This document shows, one piece after another, positions 23,020-34,480 of a stretch of 64,000 nucleotides of DNA. The DNA lies in contig JBBRRY010000003.1 in assembly GCA_038245905.1 (NCBI GenBank), forward strand, positions 32,001-96,000, written 5' to 3'. This DNA comes from Thermoanaerobaculia bacterium. GTDB lineage: Bacteria; Acidobacteriota; Thermoanaerobaculia; UBA5066. Below the pieces are notes generated by a model, which saw nothing but the letters and a program-made list of their open reading frames with translations, searched no databases and was not told the origin of the DNA. A program made the translations under genes and the position numbers. Numbering within the stretch: position 1 is the stretch's first letter; each line of letters starts with the position of its first letter.

Positions 23020-23567
23020 CACCTTCGGCCGTATCCGTCTTCCTCTTTTCCGAAGAAGGCCACGAAACCGCTCGCGGATTTCTCGGCGTGCCGAGCCTCG
23101 CCTGGCAGATCCTCAACCTCGGCTGCTTCGTCGCGCTGCTGTGGTTTCTCCTCCGAAAGCCGGCTGCGGCGTTTTTCGGGAACAGGAGGACGGCGGTTGC
23201 GACGGCGCTCTTGAAGGCCGACGACGACCGCCGCCGCGCCGAGGCGCTCGCGAAGGAGCTCGCCACCCGACTCGAGAGCATCCAGACGGAGCTCGTCAAC
23301 CTGAAGTCCGCGGTGCGTCACGACGCCGAGGCCGAACACGCGGCGCTCCTCGTGAAAAGCCAGGCGGATGCGGACCAGATTCTTGCGCGCACCCGGGCGG
23401 ATCTCGACAACCGCGTGCGCTCCGCGCGCGCCGAGCTCACGGCCTACGCGGGAGACCTCGCGGTCGAGCTTGCCCGCGAGCTTCTGAAACAGAGCGTCAC
23501 CCCAGGCGACGAAAAGCGGCTGCTCGACGAAGGCATCGCCGGCCTGAGCGGCGCGGCAAGGGTTTGA
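23016..23567 (+). CDS. atpF: ATP synthase F0 subunit b
   Basis: WQILNL...LRKPAAAFFGNR followed by a coiled coil. Confidence 0.88.
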   Translation: MTPSAVSVFLFSEEGHETARGFLGVPSLAWQILNLGCFVALLWFLLRKPAAAFFGNRRTAVATALLKADDDRRRAEALAKELATRLESIQTELVNLKSAVRHDAEAEHAALLVKSQADADQILARTRADLDNRVRSARAELTAYAGDLAVELARELLKQSVTPGDEKRLLDEGIAGLSGAARV

Positions 23568-23578
23568 GGCGGAAACGG

Positions 23579-24118
23579 ATGAGCTCAAAGTTCACGCGGC
23601 CCTATGTCGACGCGTTCTTCGCGGTTGCGAAAAACCCAGCCGCTGAGCTCGCGGCGCTCGAGGAGTTCCGGATGGCGTACGACGAGGCACCCGAGCTCGA
23701 AAAGGTCCTCTCCAACCCCGGCCTCGAGCGGGGAAAGCGCGAAGCGCTCCTCGCCGCGGTGTCCGCGCGCGTCGGCGTGCCCGAGGTCGCCGGCCGCCTC
23801 CTGAAAATCCTCCTCGACAACGGGCGTCTCCCGGCTCTCGGCGAGCTGCTCGCCGCCATCCGCGCGCATCTGGATCGCGACACGCGCGCCGTCGAGGCGC
23901 GCGTCGTGACGGCTCAGCCCGCCGACGCCGCCGTCCTCGAGGCGCTTCGCGCTCTCGTGGCGTCACGGACGAAGAAGACCGTTCGGATCGTGGCGACGGT
24001 CGATCCAGCCCTCCTCGGCGGCTTCGTCGTGTCGGTCGGCAGCGCGCGGCTCGACGCCTCGCTGGCCCGGCGTCTCGAGAAAGCCCGCGCGGCTTTGCAC
24101 GCACTCGCCCCGGCCTGA
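23579..24118 (+). CDS. atpH: ATP synthase F1 subunit delta
   Basis: [31 protein letters not shown]. Confidence 0.92.
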   Translation: MSSKFTRPYVDAFFAVAKNPAAELAALEEFRMAYDEAPELEKVLSNPGLERGKREALLAAVSARVGVPEVAGRLLKILLDNGRLPALGELLAAIRAHLDRDTRAVEARVVTAQPADAAVLEALRALVASRTKKTVRIVATVDPALLGGFVVSVGSARLDASLARRLEKARAALHALAPA

Positions 24119-24143
24119 CGAAGACGGAGAAAGAAGCACGAAC

Positions 24144-25679
24144 ATGGCGGAAATCAGCGCACACGAAATCACCCAGCTCATCAAGGCCCAGCTCGCCGGC
24201 ATCACGCAGGGCGTGGATGTCGACGAAGTGGGCACCGTCGTGTCGGTCGGAGACGGCATCGCGCTCGCCTACGGCCTGGACAAAGTCATGGCGGGCGAGC
24301 TCGTCGAGTTCCCGAACGGCGTTTACGGCCTCGCGCTCAACCTCGAGGAGGGCCACGTCGGCTGCGTCCTCATGGGCGAGACGAGCCTCGTCAAGGAAGG
24401 CGACACCGTCAAGCGTACGAAGCGGATCATCTCGGTTCCCGTGGGCGAGGCCCTCGTCGGCCGCGTCGTGAACCCGCTCGGGCAGCCGCTCGACGGCAAG
24501 GGTCCGATCGCTTCTTCGGAGTTCTACCCGGTCGAGCGCATCGCCCCGGGCGTCGTCGATCGCATGCCAGTCCGGGAATCCATGCAAACCGGCATCAAGG
24601 CGATCGACGCGATGATCCCGATCGGCCGCGGCCAGCGCGAGCTCATCATCGGGGACCGCCAGACGGGGAAGACCGCGATCGCCCTCGACGCGATCATCAA
24701 CCAGAAGGGCAAGGGCGTCTTCTGTGTGTACGTCGCGATCGGGCAGAAGAACTCGACGGTCGCCCAGGTGGTCCAGACGCTCGAGGCTCACGGCGCGATG
24801 GAGCACACGATCGTCGTCGCCGCGTCCGCGGCCGACCCGGCTCCGCTCCAGTACATCGCCGCTTATGCCGGTTGTGCCATGGGCGAGTACTTCATGTACA
24901 ACGGCAAGCACGCGCTCGTCGTGTACGACGACCTCTCGAAGCAGGCAGCATCCTACCGGGAGGTCTCGCTCCTTCTCCGGCGCCCGCCGGGCCGCGAGGC
25001 ATACCCGGGCGATGTCTTCTATCTCCACAGCCGCCTTCTCGAGCGGGCCTCGAAGCTGAATAAAGAGAAAGGCGGCGGATCGCTCACGGCCCTCCCGATC
25101 ATCGAGACGCAGGCCGGCGACGTCTCTGCGTATATCCCGACGAACGTCATTTCGATCACGGATGGGCAGATCTTCCTCGAGTCAGACCTGTTTTTCTCCG
25201 GCCAGCGTCCGGCGGTGAACGTCGGCATTTCCGTGTCGCGCGTCGGCGGCTCGGCACAGATCAAGGTCATGCGTGCCATCTCCGGCACGCTCCGCCTCGA
25301 CCTCGCGCAGTACCGCGAGCTCGCGGCGTTCGCGCAGTTCGGATCCGATCTCGACAAGACGACGCAGTCGCAGCTGAATCGCGGCCGCCGCCTCGTCGAG
25401 ATTCTCAAGCAGAACCAGTACGTGCCGATGGACGTCGCGCTCCAGATCGCCTCCGTCTTCGCGGGCACGAAGGGCCATCTCGACGAGCTCCGCGTCGAGG
25501 CCGTCCTCCCCTTCGAGACCGCCCTCCACGAGTACCTGACGAATCAGCACCAGCCGCTCCTCAAGGAGATCCGCGACGCGGCGAAGCTCACGAAGGAGAT
25601 CGAGGCCGCGCTCACCGCGGCGGTCGTCGAAGCGAAGAAGGTCTTTCTTTCCTCGACTCCCGAGGCGAAACAGGCTTAG
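24144..25679 (+). CDS. atpA: ATP synthase F1 subunit alpha
   Basis: [31 protein letters not shown] and [13 protein letters not shown]. Confidence 0.99.
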   Translation: MAEISAHEITQLIKAQLAGITQGVDVDEVGTVVSVGDGIALAYGLDKVMAGELVEFPNGVYGLALNLEEGHVGCVLMGETSLVKEGDTVKRTKRIISVPVGEALVGRVVNPLGQPLDGKGPIASSEFYPVERIAPGVVDRMPVRESMQTGIKAIDAMIPIGRGQRELIIGDRQTGKTAIALDAIINQKGKGVFCVYVAIGQKNSTVAQVVQTLEAHGAMEHTIVVAASAADPAPLQYIAAYAGCAMGEYFMYNGKHALVVYDDLSKQAASYREVSLLLRRPPGREAYPGDVFYLHSRLLERASKLNKEKGGGSLTALPIIETQAGDVSAYIPTNVISITDGQIFLESDLFFSGQRPAVNVGISVSRVGGSAQIKVMRAISGTLRLDLAQYRELAAFAQFGSDLDKTTQSQLNRGRRLVEILKQNQYVPMDVALQIASVFAGTKGHLDELRVEAVLPFETALHEYLTNQHQPLLKEIRDAAKLTKEIEAALTAAVVEAKKVFLSSTPEAKQA

Positions 25680-25720
25680 GGCAGGGAAGAGACGGGACAG
25701 GCGCGGTCGAGACAGACAAC

Positions 25721-26599
25721 ATGGCAAACCTCATCGACATCCGGCGGCGGATCCGGAGCGTGAAGAACACGCAGCAGATCACGAAGGCGGTCAAGATGGT
25801 GGCCGCGTCGAAGCTACGCCGCTCGCAGGACCGGGCGATTGCCACCCGGCCTTACGCGTCTACGCTTGAGGCGACCATCCGTGCCGTCGCCGCGCGCATC
25901 GCCCCGCGGGAGGACGGTGCGCCGCTACACCCGCTTCTGGCCACGAGGGACGAGAAGAACGTCGTCCTCGTCGTCGTCTCCGGCGACAAGGGCCTCGCCG
26001 GCGGTTTCAACACGAACGTGAACCGCGTGGCCGCGGCGTTCCTCAGGGAGGCGCCGGATCGCGGCATCGCGAACGTGGGCCTCGTGGCGCTCGGGAAGAA
26101 GGCGAACGACTTCTGGAGGCGCCGCCCCGTCGAGATCCTGCACGCGCAGGCCGGCCTCGCCTCGCTCGGCGCGGCGCCGGCCGCCGAGATTGCCCGGACC
26201 CTCGCCTCCCGGTTCGTCTCCGGCGAGACGGACGCCGTGTACATCGTCTCGAACGAGTTCAAGAGCGCGATCTCGCAGGTCGTAAGGACAAAGCGCCTCC
26301 TTCCGATCACCCTCGAGAGCGTCGCCGGGGATGCGGGCGGAGTCGACTACCTGTACGAGCCCTCGCCCGAGGAAATTCTCGGGACGCTTCTCCCGCGTTT
26401 CCTCGAGTTCCAGATGTACCGCGTGATCCTGGAGTCGCAAGCGGCGTTCTTCGCGGCCCAAATGACCGCGATGGACAGCGCCACGAAGAACGCGGGCGAC
26501 ATGATCGACTCCCTCACGCTCACCTACAACCGTGCGCGACAAGCGCGCATCACGAAAGAGCTCATCGAGATCGTCTCGGGCGCGGCTGCTCTGGAATGA
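25721..26599 (+). CDS. atpG: ATP synthase F1 subunit gamma
   Basis: RRRIRSVKNTQQITKA, DKGLAGGFN and NRARQARITKELIEIVSGA. Confidence 0.98.
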   Translation: MANLIDIRRRIRSVKNTQQITKAVKMVAASKLRRSQDRAIATRPYASTLEATIRAVAARIAPREDGAPLHPLLATRDEKNVVLVVVSGDKGLAGGFNTNVNRVAAAFLREAPDRGIANVGLVALGKKANDFWRRRPVEILHAQAGLASLGAAPAAEIARTLASRFVSGETDAVYIVSNEFKSAISQVVRTKRLLPITLESVAGDAGGVDYLYEPSPEEILGTLLPRFLEFQMYRVILESQAAFFAAQMTAMDSATKNAGDMIDSLTLTYNRARQARITKELIEIVSGAAALE

Positions 26600-28078
<1,479 letters not shown>

Positions 28079-28079
28079 G

Positions 28080-28496
28080 TTGGACGGACGCCTCACGCTG
28101 ACCGTCGTCACGCCCGAGCGCGCCGTGCTCCAGGCCGTTCCGTGCGACGAAGTGACGCTCCCTGCACAGAAGGGCGAGATCGGGATTCTGCCGGGACACA
28201 CGCCCCTGATCGCGCTCCTCGGAATCGGCGTCGTGGGGTATCGCGACGGGGCGCGCCGCGCGACCGTTGCCGTGCGCGGAGGCTTCGTGGAGATCGCGGG
28301 CGACGCCGTGCGCGTTCTGGCCGACACCGCAGCGGGGCCGGACGCCATTGACGCGGCCGCGGTCTCCGCCGAGAAGCAGGCAGCCGAGGGCCGCCGTGAC
28401 CAGGCCGCCGGGGACGAGGAGCTGGACGCGGCGGACGCGGACGCGCGTTTCGCGGAAGCGCGCCTCGCCACGGCCGCCATGGCACGGCCAGGCTGA
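28080..28496 (+). CDS. atpC: ATP synthase F1 subunit epsilon
   Basis: LTVVTPER, GEIGILPGHTPL and GGFVEI. Confidence 0.95.
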   Translation: MDGRLTLTVVTPERAVLQAVPCDEVTLPAQKGEIGILPGHTPLIALLGIGVVGYRDGARRATVAVRGGFVEIAGDAVRVLADTAAGPDAIDAAAVSAEKQAAEGRRDQAAGDEELDAADADARFAEARLATAAMARPG

Positions 28497-28533
28497 GCCG
28501 GAAAAAGGCGAGGAGAGGCAAGGCATGATGTCT

Positions 28534-28669
28534 CCGCGCGGGGCCGGTTGCCCCGGCATGGGGCTTGCGATGGTGGTGAGCAGGCCCGGTCGGCGCCGAA
28601 AGGGCGCGCCGGATCGACACGACACCTCCTGCCTCCTACCAGGGCTCCGCGCGGCGGAGCCCTCTTTTT
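28534..28669 (+). ncRNA. Candidate structured RNA (cis-regulatory leader or sRNA), family unassigned
   Basis: 12-bp stem 28534-28545/28643-28654 enclosing two hairpins, one GAAA-capped. -10-like CATGAT at 28524-28529. Overlaps the terminator. Confidence 0.45.
28641..28669 (+). terminator. Intrinsic terminator
   Basis: AGGGCTCCGC-gcg-GCGGAGCCCT followed by CTTTTT. Confidence 0.8.
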
Positions 28670-28715
28670 CTTCCTCGCGTCCCGGGCCGCGGCTGTCCGC
28701 GCCAGGAAACAGGCG

Positions 28716-29504
28716 ATGACGGCCGTGCGCGACCCGTGGTACGCGGAGTGGTTCGGAGAGGAGTACCTCGCCCTCTATCCGGAACGCGACGACCGGGAAG
28801 CCCGCCAGCAGGCCCTCTTCGTGCGGGAGCTGCTCTCTCCATATGCGCGGCTCGGCCGGCTCCGATTTCTCGATCTCGCGTGCGGAACGGGGCGACACGC
28901 GGTCGCGCTTCACGAGGGCCAGGGGGGCGTGGTGGGGCTCGATCTTTCGGCACATCTCCTCTTCCAGGCGCGGCAGCGGCAGGGACCGGCCCGCCCGTCC
29001 TGGGTCCGTTCCGACATGAGGCGGCTTCCTTTCCGCGGGGGCTCGTTCGGGGCTGTCGTGAATTTCTTCACGTCGTTCGGCTACTTCGACGATCTCGCCG
29101 ATGACGCGCGCGTCGTCCGGGAAGTCACGCGCCTCCTCGCGCCCGGAGGCGCCTTCCTCTCGGATGTCTTCAACGCGGAACGCGTGATCGGGACGCTCGC
29201 GGTGCGCGAAGAAAAGACCGTGGCGGGAGCCCGCGTGAGCATCCGCCGACGGTACGATCCGGCGAGCCGGCGGGTGGAGAAGGAGATCGAGATGGGCTCC
29301 GGCGAGGACAAGCGCGTATTCAAGGAATGCGTTCGCGCCTACACGGAGCACGAGCTGCGCACGCTGCATCGGGCGGCCGGCCTGACGGTGCGAGCGGCCT
29401 ACGGGAACTTCGACGGAACGCCGTTCGACCGCGGCAAGTCGCCGCGCCTGATCCTTCTCGCGACGAAATCGACGGCACGCACCTCCGGCGAGGGTGCGCG
29501 ATGA
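28716..29504 (+). CDS. Class I SAM-dependent methyltransferase, candidate bacillithiol N-methyltransferase (NmbA-like)
   Basis: LDLACGTGRH, GLDLS, DMRRLP and FFTSFGYF. ATGA overlap with bshC. Confidence 0.85.
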   Translation: MTAVRDPWYAEWFGEEYLALYPERDDREARQQALFVRELLSPYARLGRLRFLDLACGTGRHAVALHEGQGGVVGLDLSAHLLFQARQRQGPARPSWVRSDMRRLPFRGGSFGAVVNFFTSFGYFDDLADDARVVREVTRLLAPGGAFLSDVFNAERVIGTLAVREEKTVAGARVSIRRRYDPASRRVEKEIEMGSGEDKRVFKECVRAYTEHELRTLHRAAGLTVRAAYGNFDGTPFDRGKSPRLILLATKSTARTSGEGAR

Positions 29505-31078
29505 GGACGATCCCACTCGCGCGGGTTCCGGGGATTCCGGCGCTCGCCCGCGGCCTCGCGACGGGCGAGCCCGACGTCCGGGCCTTCCTTCCGGATCGTC
29601 CGGATCTCGCGACGATCCGCGGGCGAGCAAGGAAAGCTCGTGCCGCCTTCGTTCCGCGCACGGAGACCGGAGCAAACCTCGCGCTTTCGTCCCTTGCCCG
29701 GGGCGAGCGTGCGGTCGTGCTCACGGGACAGCAGGCGGGGCTCTTCGGCGGCCCGCTCCTGACGCTCGTCAAGGCTCTCGCGGCGGAGAAGCTCGCGGCG
29801 GAGCTCGAGGATGCCGAATCGCCCGCAAGCGCGGCGTTCTGGTGCGCGTCCGAGGACCATGACCTCGTGGAGGTCACGAGGCTCGTCCTGCCGACCCCGG
29901 AGGGCCCAAAAGACTTCGGTCCCGAGGCCGGCCCTCTTGCGGAGAATCATCGGCCCGTGGGTGTGCTCCCGGTCGGAGTCGACGCCGAAGCGCTCGTCGC
30001 GGCGGCCGCGGCCGGCCTCGCAGCGCCTCCGGACGAGGAAGCGGTCGCGGCCCTGACCGCCGCGCATCGGGGGACGAACTTTCTCGGCGCGTTCTCCGCC
30101 ACGCTCGCCTGGCTTCTTGGCGGCGATGGGTCGGAAGCGATGCCCGTCGTGGATGCGGCCAGCGCCGCCGACAAGCCGTTCCTCGTACCTCTCGCCTCCC
30201 GAATCGTGCGGGAACGCACGGAGGTGAAGCGGATTCTCGAAGAACGCGGAGCCGCGCTCGAGGCCGCGGGCCACCGTCTTCAAGTCACGACGGACCCGGC
30301 CGCCCTGCCGCTTTTCGCGCGTGTCGGCGAGGACCGCCTTCTCCTCGTCGAGAAGGGCGGGAGGCTCGCGCTCAAGGGTCGCGACGGGTCATTCGAAGCG
30401 GAGGAAGTCGTGGCGCGATTCGCAAGCGGAGACTGGCTCCCGTCTTTCTCGGCCCTCACGCGTCCGCTCGCGGCGTCGACGCTCTTTCCCGTGGCCGCGA
30501 CGATCTTGGGACCAGCCGAGATCGCGTACTGGGCCCAGGCCTGGCCCCTCTTCGCGTGGGCCGGAATCGTTCCACCCGTAATCGTCCCGCGTCCTCTCGT
30601 GGCGTTGCTGTCACCCTCGGCCAGGAGGGGGCTCGAGAAGCTCGGCCTCTCCGTCGACGACGTCCTCGAGGGACCGGAGGCCATGCTCCGGAAGAGGGGT
30701 GCGGGAGAGGCTGGGGCGCTTCTCGCGCGTCTCCGCGCGGTCGGCGCGGGCGCGGTGAGGGATCTCGTCTCGCTGAAGCCGGCCCTTCTCGGCGTCGATC
30801 CGTCGCTCGAGAAGGCGGTCGAGACGACGCGCGAGAAGACGGAGTTCGCCTTCGAGAAGCTGGTCGAAAAGACTGCGGGCGCCGCGGGGCGCGTCGATGA
30901 ACGCGCGGCGGCGCAGGTGGCGCGCCTCGCGGAAGAGTTGCTTCCCCGAGGGACTCTGGCCGAACGCGTGTATTCGGCGCTGCCGTATGCCTTGCGATTC
31001 GGGCGCGACACACTCGTGGGAACTTTGCGGCGGGAGCTGAAATGGAACGAGGCGGGCCTTCAGGTGGTCGAACTATGA
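29501..31078 (+). CDS. bshC: Bacillithiol cysteine-adding enzyme BshC
   Basis: TGQQAGLFGGPL, FWCASEDHD, LTRP, GPAEIAYWAQ and PRGTLAER. Confidence 0.92.
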   Translation: MRTIPLARVPGIPALARGLATGEPDVRAFLPDRPDLATIRGRARKARAAFVPRTETGANLALSSLARGERAVVLTGQQAGLFGGPLLTLVKALAAEKLAAELEDAESPASAAFWCASEDHDLVEVTRLVLPTPEGPKDFGPEAGPLAENHRPVGVLPVGVDAEALVAAAAAGLAAPPDEEAVAALTAAHRGTNFLGAFSATLAWLLGGDGSEAMPVVDAASAADKPFLVPLASRIVRERTEVKRILEERGAALEAAGHRLQVTTDPAALPLFARVGEDRLLLVEKGGRLALKGRDGSFEAEEVVARFASGDWLPSFSALTRPLAASTLFPVAATILGPAEIAYWAQAWPLFAWAGIVPPVIVPRPLVALLSPSARRGLEKLGLSVDDVLEGPEAMLRKRGAGEAGALLARLRAVGAGAVRDLVSLKPALLGVDPSLEKAVETTREKTEFAFEKLVEKTAGAAGRVDERAAAQVARLAEELLPRGTLAERVYSALPYALRFGRDTLVGTLRRELKWNEAGLQVVEL

Positions 31079-31830
31079 CGACGACGAACGTCGAGCTCGT
31101 CGAGCCGGTCGAGATTCTCGCCTTCTCTCCGCATCCGGACGACGTCGAGCTGGGCTGCGGCGGGACCCTCGCGACTCTCGCGCGGCGCGGGGCGAGCTTC
31201 GGCATCGTGGACCTGACTCGCGGCGAGATGGGGACGCGCGGCACGCCCGAGCTTCGCGCGCGGGAAGCCGCGGAGGCCGCCCGGATTCTGGGTGCTCGTT
31301 TCCGCGCGAACCTGGATCTCGGCGACGGCGCCCTCAGGACGGACCGGGCTGCCGAGAGCCTCGTCGTGGACGTCATACGCCGCGCGCGCCCGCGGCTCGT
31401 CCTCGCCCCCCTCGTCCTCGATCGCCATCCGGATCACGTTCGCGCGAGCCGCCTCGTCACCGACGCGGCCTGGTACGCCGGGCTCGCGAAACTCGAGACG
31501 GGCCTCCCGTCGCACCGGCCGGACCAGGTCGTCTTCTATGCCGCGTACGTGCTCGTGCCCCCCACGTTCCTCGTGGACGTGTCGGCCGCGTTTGCGACGA
31601 AGATCGCGGCTCTCCACGCGTATCGGAGCCAGTTTCACGACGAAAACTCGAGCGAGCCCGAGACGTACGTCTCCTCGAAGGGCTTTTTCGACGGGATCGA
31701 GGCACGGGCCCGCTCGCTCGGGAGGATCGCAAACGTGGAATACGCGGAAGGCTTCATCGCGAACGTGCCGCCCACGCTGATGGATCCCGTCGCCGCTTTC
31801 GCGGGCTACGAGGGCGGGAGAAAAGCATGA
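31075..31830 (+). CDS. bshB1: Bacillithiol biosynthesis deacetylase BshB1
   Basis: HPDDVELGCGG, DLTRGEMGTRGT, RHPDH and YAEGF. Confidence 0.95.
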   Translation: MTTTNVELVEPVEILAFSPHPDDVELGCGGTLATLARRGASFGIVDLTRGEMGTRGTPELRAREAAEAARILGARFRANLDLGDGALRTDRAAESLVVDVIRRARPRLVLAPLVLDRHPDHVRASRLVTDAAWYAGLAKLETGLPSHRPDQVVFYAAYVLVPPTFLVDVSAAFATKIAALHAYRSQFHDENSSEPETYVSSKGFFDGIEARARSLGRIANVEYAEGFIANVPPTLMDPVAAFAGYEGGRKA

Positions 31831-32948
31831 AGATCGGCATCACGTGCTACCCGACTTTCGGAGGCTCGGGAGTCGTCGCCACGGAGCTCGGGCACGAGCT
31901 CGCGCGGAGAGGGCACGACGTTCATTTCATCACGTATGCGATGCCGTCACGCCTGAACGTCTTCGCCGAGCGCGTCACCTACCACGAGGTGTCGGTCCCC
32001 TCGTATCCGCTCTTCCAGTACGCCCCGTACGATCTCGCGCTCGCGACGCGCATGGGGGACGTGGCGACGCACGTGGGCCTCGACCTCATCCACGTCCACT
32101 ACGCTCTTCCACACGCCATTTCGGCCCATCTCGCGCGCGAGATGCTCGCCCCGCGCCGGCTCGGACTCGTCACGACGCTGCACGGGACGGACGTGACGAT
32201 CGTCGGGCAGGATCGCTCCTACCTTCCGATCACGCGCTTCGGCATCGAGAAGTCGGACGCCGTGACCGCCGTGTCCGAGCACCTCAAGAGAGTCACGATC
32301 GACGTCTTCCAACCCAAGCGTGAGATCGAGGTCGTGCCTAACTTCATCGACCCCAGGCGCTGGACGCCGGAGTCGCCCGAGCGGGCGTGCCGGCTCGGCC
32401 CCGCGGGCCGGAAAGTCCTCCTCCACGTCTCGAACTTCCGGCCCGTGAAGCGTGTGCTGGACGTCGTCGAGATTTTCGACCGCGTGAGGCAGCGTGTTCC
32501 CGCGACACTCGTCATGATCGGGGACGGGCCCGACCGGCCAGCCGCCGAGGCGCTCTGCCGCGAGAAGGGGATCGCGCATCTGGTGTCGTTCCTCGGGAAC
32601 ATGTCAGCGCTCGAGACCGTGATGCCCGCCGCGGACCTCTATCTCCTGCCCTCGGACTCGGAGTCGTTCGGGCTCTCCGCGCTCGAGGCGCAGGCATGTG
32701 GCGTCCCGGTTCTGGGCTATGCCGTCGGGGGCCTGCCCGAGGTCGTTGCCGACGGGGAGACGGGCTTCCTCTGCGCCGTGGGCGACGTCGCGAGGCTGGC
32801 GGAAGACGGAGCCTCGCTGCTTCTGGATCCGCCCCGGTACGAGGCGATGGCGCACGCGTCGCGGGAACGCGCGATCCGGCTCTTCGACGCGGACGCGATT
32901 GTCTCGCGCTACGTCGCTCTGTACGAGCGCGTCCTCGCCGCGGCCTGA
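31827..32948 (+). CDS. bshA: N-acetyl-alpha-D-glucosaminyl L-malate synthase BshA
   Basis: MKIGITCYPTFGGSGVVATELG, HVHYALPHA, TTLHGTD, SNFRPVKR and ESFGLSALEA. Confidence 0.97.
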   Translation: MKIGITCYPTFGGSGVVATELGHELARRGHDVHFITYAMPSRLNVFAERVTYHEVSVPSYPLFQYAPYDLALATRMGDVATHVGLDLIHVHYALPHAISAHLAREMLAPRRLGLVTTLHGTDVTIVGQDRSYLPITRFGIEKSDAVTAVSEHLKRVTIDVFQPKREIEVVPNFIDPRRWTPESPERACRLGPAGRKVLLHVSNFRPVKRVLDVVEIFDRVRQRVPATLVMIGDGPDRPAAEALCREKGIAHLVSFLGNMSALETVMPAADLYLLPSDSESFGLSALEAQACGVPVLGYAVGGLPEVVADGETGFLCAVGDVARLAEDGASLLLDPPRYEAMAHASRERAIRLFDADAIVSRYVALYERVLAAA

Positions 32949-33904
32949 CGGGCAACCGCCGCGCAGCGAGAGAGCTCGGACCCCGTCGCTCCCCACGAGG
33001 CGGCGCGCCGGAACTCCCCGAAGAGCGTCGTGCCGAAGACTCCGGGGTCGTCCGTCGAGAGCGTCACCGGCACGCCCGCGCGGAGCATGCAGAGGAGCGG
33101 GTGCTCGGCGCCGATTGGGACGGCTCCCGTCCGGAGGTTCGACGTCGGGCACACGTCGCAGACGATGCCTCTCCTCGCGAGCTCCTTCAGAAGCGAGGGA
33201 TCCTCGGCGGCGCGGATCCCGTGCGCGATTCTCACGGGCTTAAGGAAGCGTAGGGCCTCCGCGACGGAATCCGGCCCCCCCCACTCGCCCGCGTGCACGA
33301 CCGGCAGGAGGCCCGCCCTTCGTCCGCGGCGGAACGCTTCGGCGAAATCCGGCGCGGCAAAGGCGGTCTCGTCTCCACCGAGACCGAAGCCGACGACGCG
33401 CGGCCATGGGTGCTCGATCTGGAGATCGAGAACGCGCGAAGCCGCGGCGGGCCCCCAATGCCTGACGAAATCGAGGAGGACGCGCACGCGTCCCTTGCCC
33501 TTCGCCTCGTACTCCGAGAAGACGCGCTCGAGGGCCTCCCTCACGTCGAACCAGTCGAGCCCGATCCTCTCCACGACAGCGGGCGAGACGTAGACCTCGG
33601 CCCAGCGAATGTTTTCCCGCGCGAGGCGCACCACGAGGCCTCGCGCCGCGAGGGCGTAGTCGGCGGGGCTCCCGAGCTGCCGACAGATGTCGCGATAAAA
33701 GGCGAAGAAGGCCTCCGGCGACCCGAGGGCCCTCTGGCGCGCGCGCACGGAGGCGACATCGGGGAAGATGGGTGTAGGCGAGCGGGACGAAAGGCGGACG
33801 AGGGTCGCCGCCGGGATCGCTCCCTCGAGGTGCAGGTGAAGTTCGATCTTCGACGCAAGAGCGAAGCGACGAAGGAAGGTCCGGGCGTCTCGTCGGGCGG
33901 TCAC
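32909..33904 (-). CDS. Adenosine/adenine deaminase family protein
   Basis: KIELHLHLEG, HAGE, RIAHG, CPTSN and STDDP. Start is uncertain. Confidence 0.9.
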   Translation of the reverse strand: MTARRDARTFLRRFALASKIELHLHLEGAIPAATLVRLSSRSPTPIFPDVASVRARQRALGSPEAFFAFYRDICRQLGSPADYALAARGLVVRLARENIRWAEVYVSPAVVERIGLDWFDVREALERVFSEYEAKGKGRVRVLLDFVRHWGPAAASRVLDLQIEHPWPRVVGFGLGGDETAFAAPDFAEAFRRGRRAGLLPVVHAGEWGGPDSVAEALRFLKPVRIAHGIRAAEDPSLLKELARRGIVCDVCPTSNLRTGAVPIGAEHPLLCMLRAGVPVTLSTDDPGVFGTTLFGEFRRAASWGATGSELSRCAAVARQAAARTRSYRAT

Positions 33905-34369
33905 GTGCGCCCATCGTACGAGAGGCCGTTCGAAACCGGTCCGGTTCCTCTCGGGACGCCGCCGCGCGCGCGGCTCTGGATGCGCGCCGCGGCCTTCGGG
34001 ATCGACCTCATCCTCGTCGCGGGCGTGCCCCTTTTGCTGGCCTCCGCGATCGTCCTCGGAGTCCACGCGGCTGCGCTGGCTTCCCCGGCTCCGGCGGGCC
34101 TCGACGCCGGTTTCCGCGCCGCCCAGGCCGTCGCCGTGTGTCTTTTCCTCCTGCGCGACACCGACGGCGGAAGCCCCGGCAAGCGGCTCTTCGGACTGCG
34201 CGTCATCCGCAGGGGGGGCGCCCGGGCGGGTGCCCTTCAATCGCTCCTCCGGAACGTCCCGCTTCTGATTCCGGGATGGAATCTCATTGAGTTGGTGTCA
34301 CTTATACGTCGTGAGGACGGTCGACGGCCAGGCGACCAGGTGGCGGGGACCGCTCTTGTCGAGGCCTGA
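33905..34369 (+). CDS. RDD family membrane protein
   Basis: RAAAFGID, SPGKRLFGLRV, LLRN and RRPGDQVAGT. Start is uncertain. Confidence 0.82.
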   Translation: MRPSYERPFETGPVPLGTPPRARLWMRAAAFGIDLILVAGVPLLLASAIVLGVHAAALASPAPAGLDAGFRAAQAVAVCLFLLRDTDGGSPGKRLFGLRVIRRGGARAGALQSLLRNVPLLIPGWNLIELVSLIRREDGRRPGDQVAGTALVEA

Positions 34370-34480
34370 TCACCCGCCGCTCCGAAACTTTCCAGCACGG
34401 TTCGCCGTTCTCTCTATACAGGGAGCTTTGAAATGTTCGAGAGCCCGTCCGTTACCCGCGCAAACGACAAACGGCGTCGC

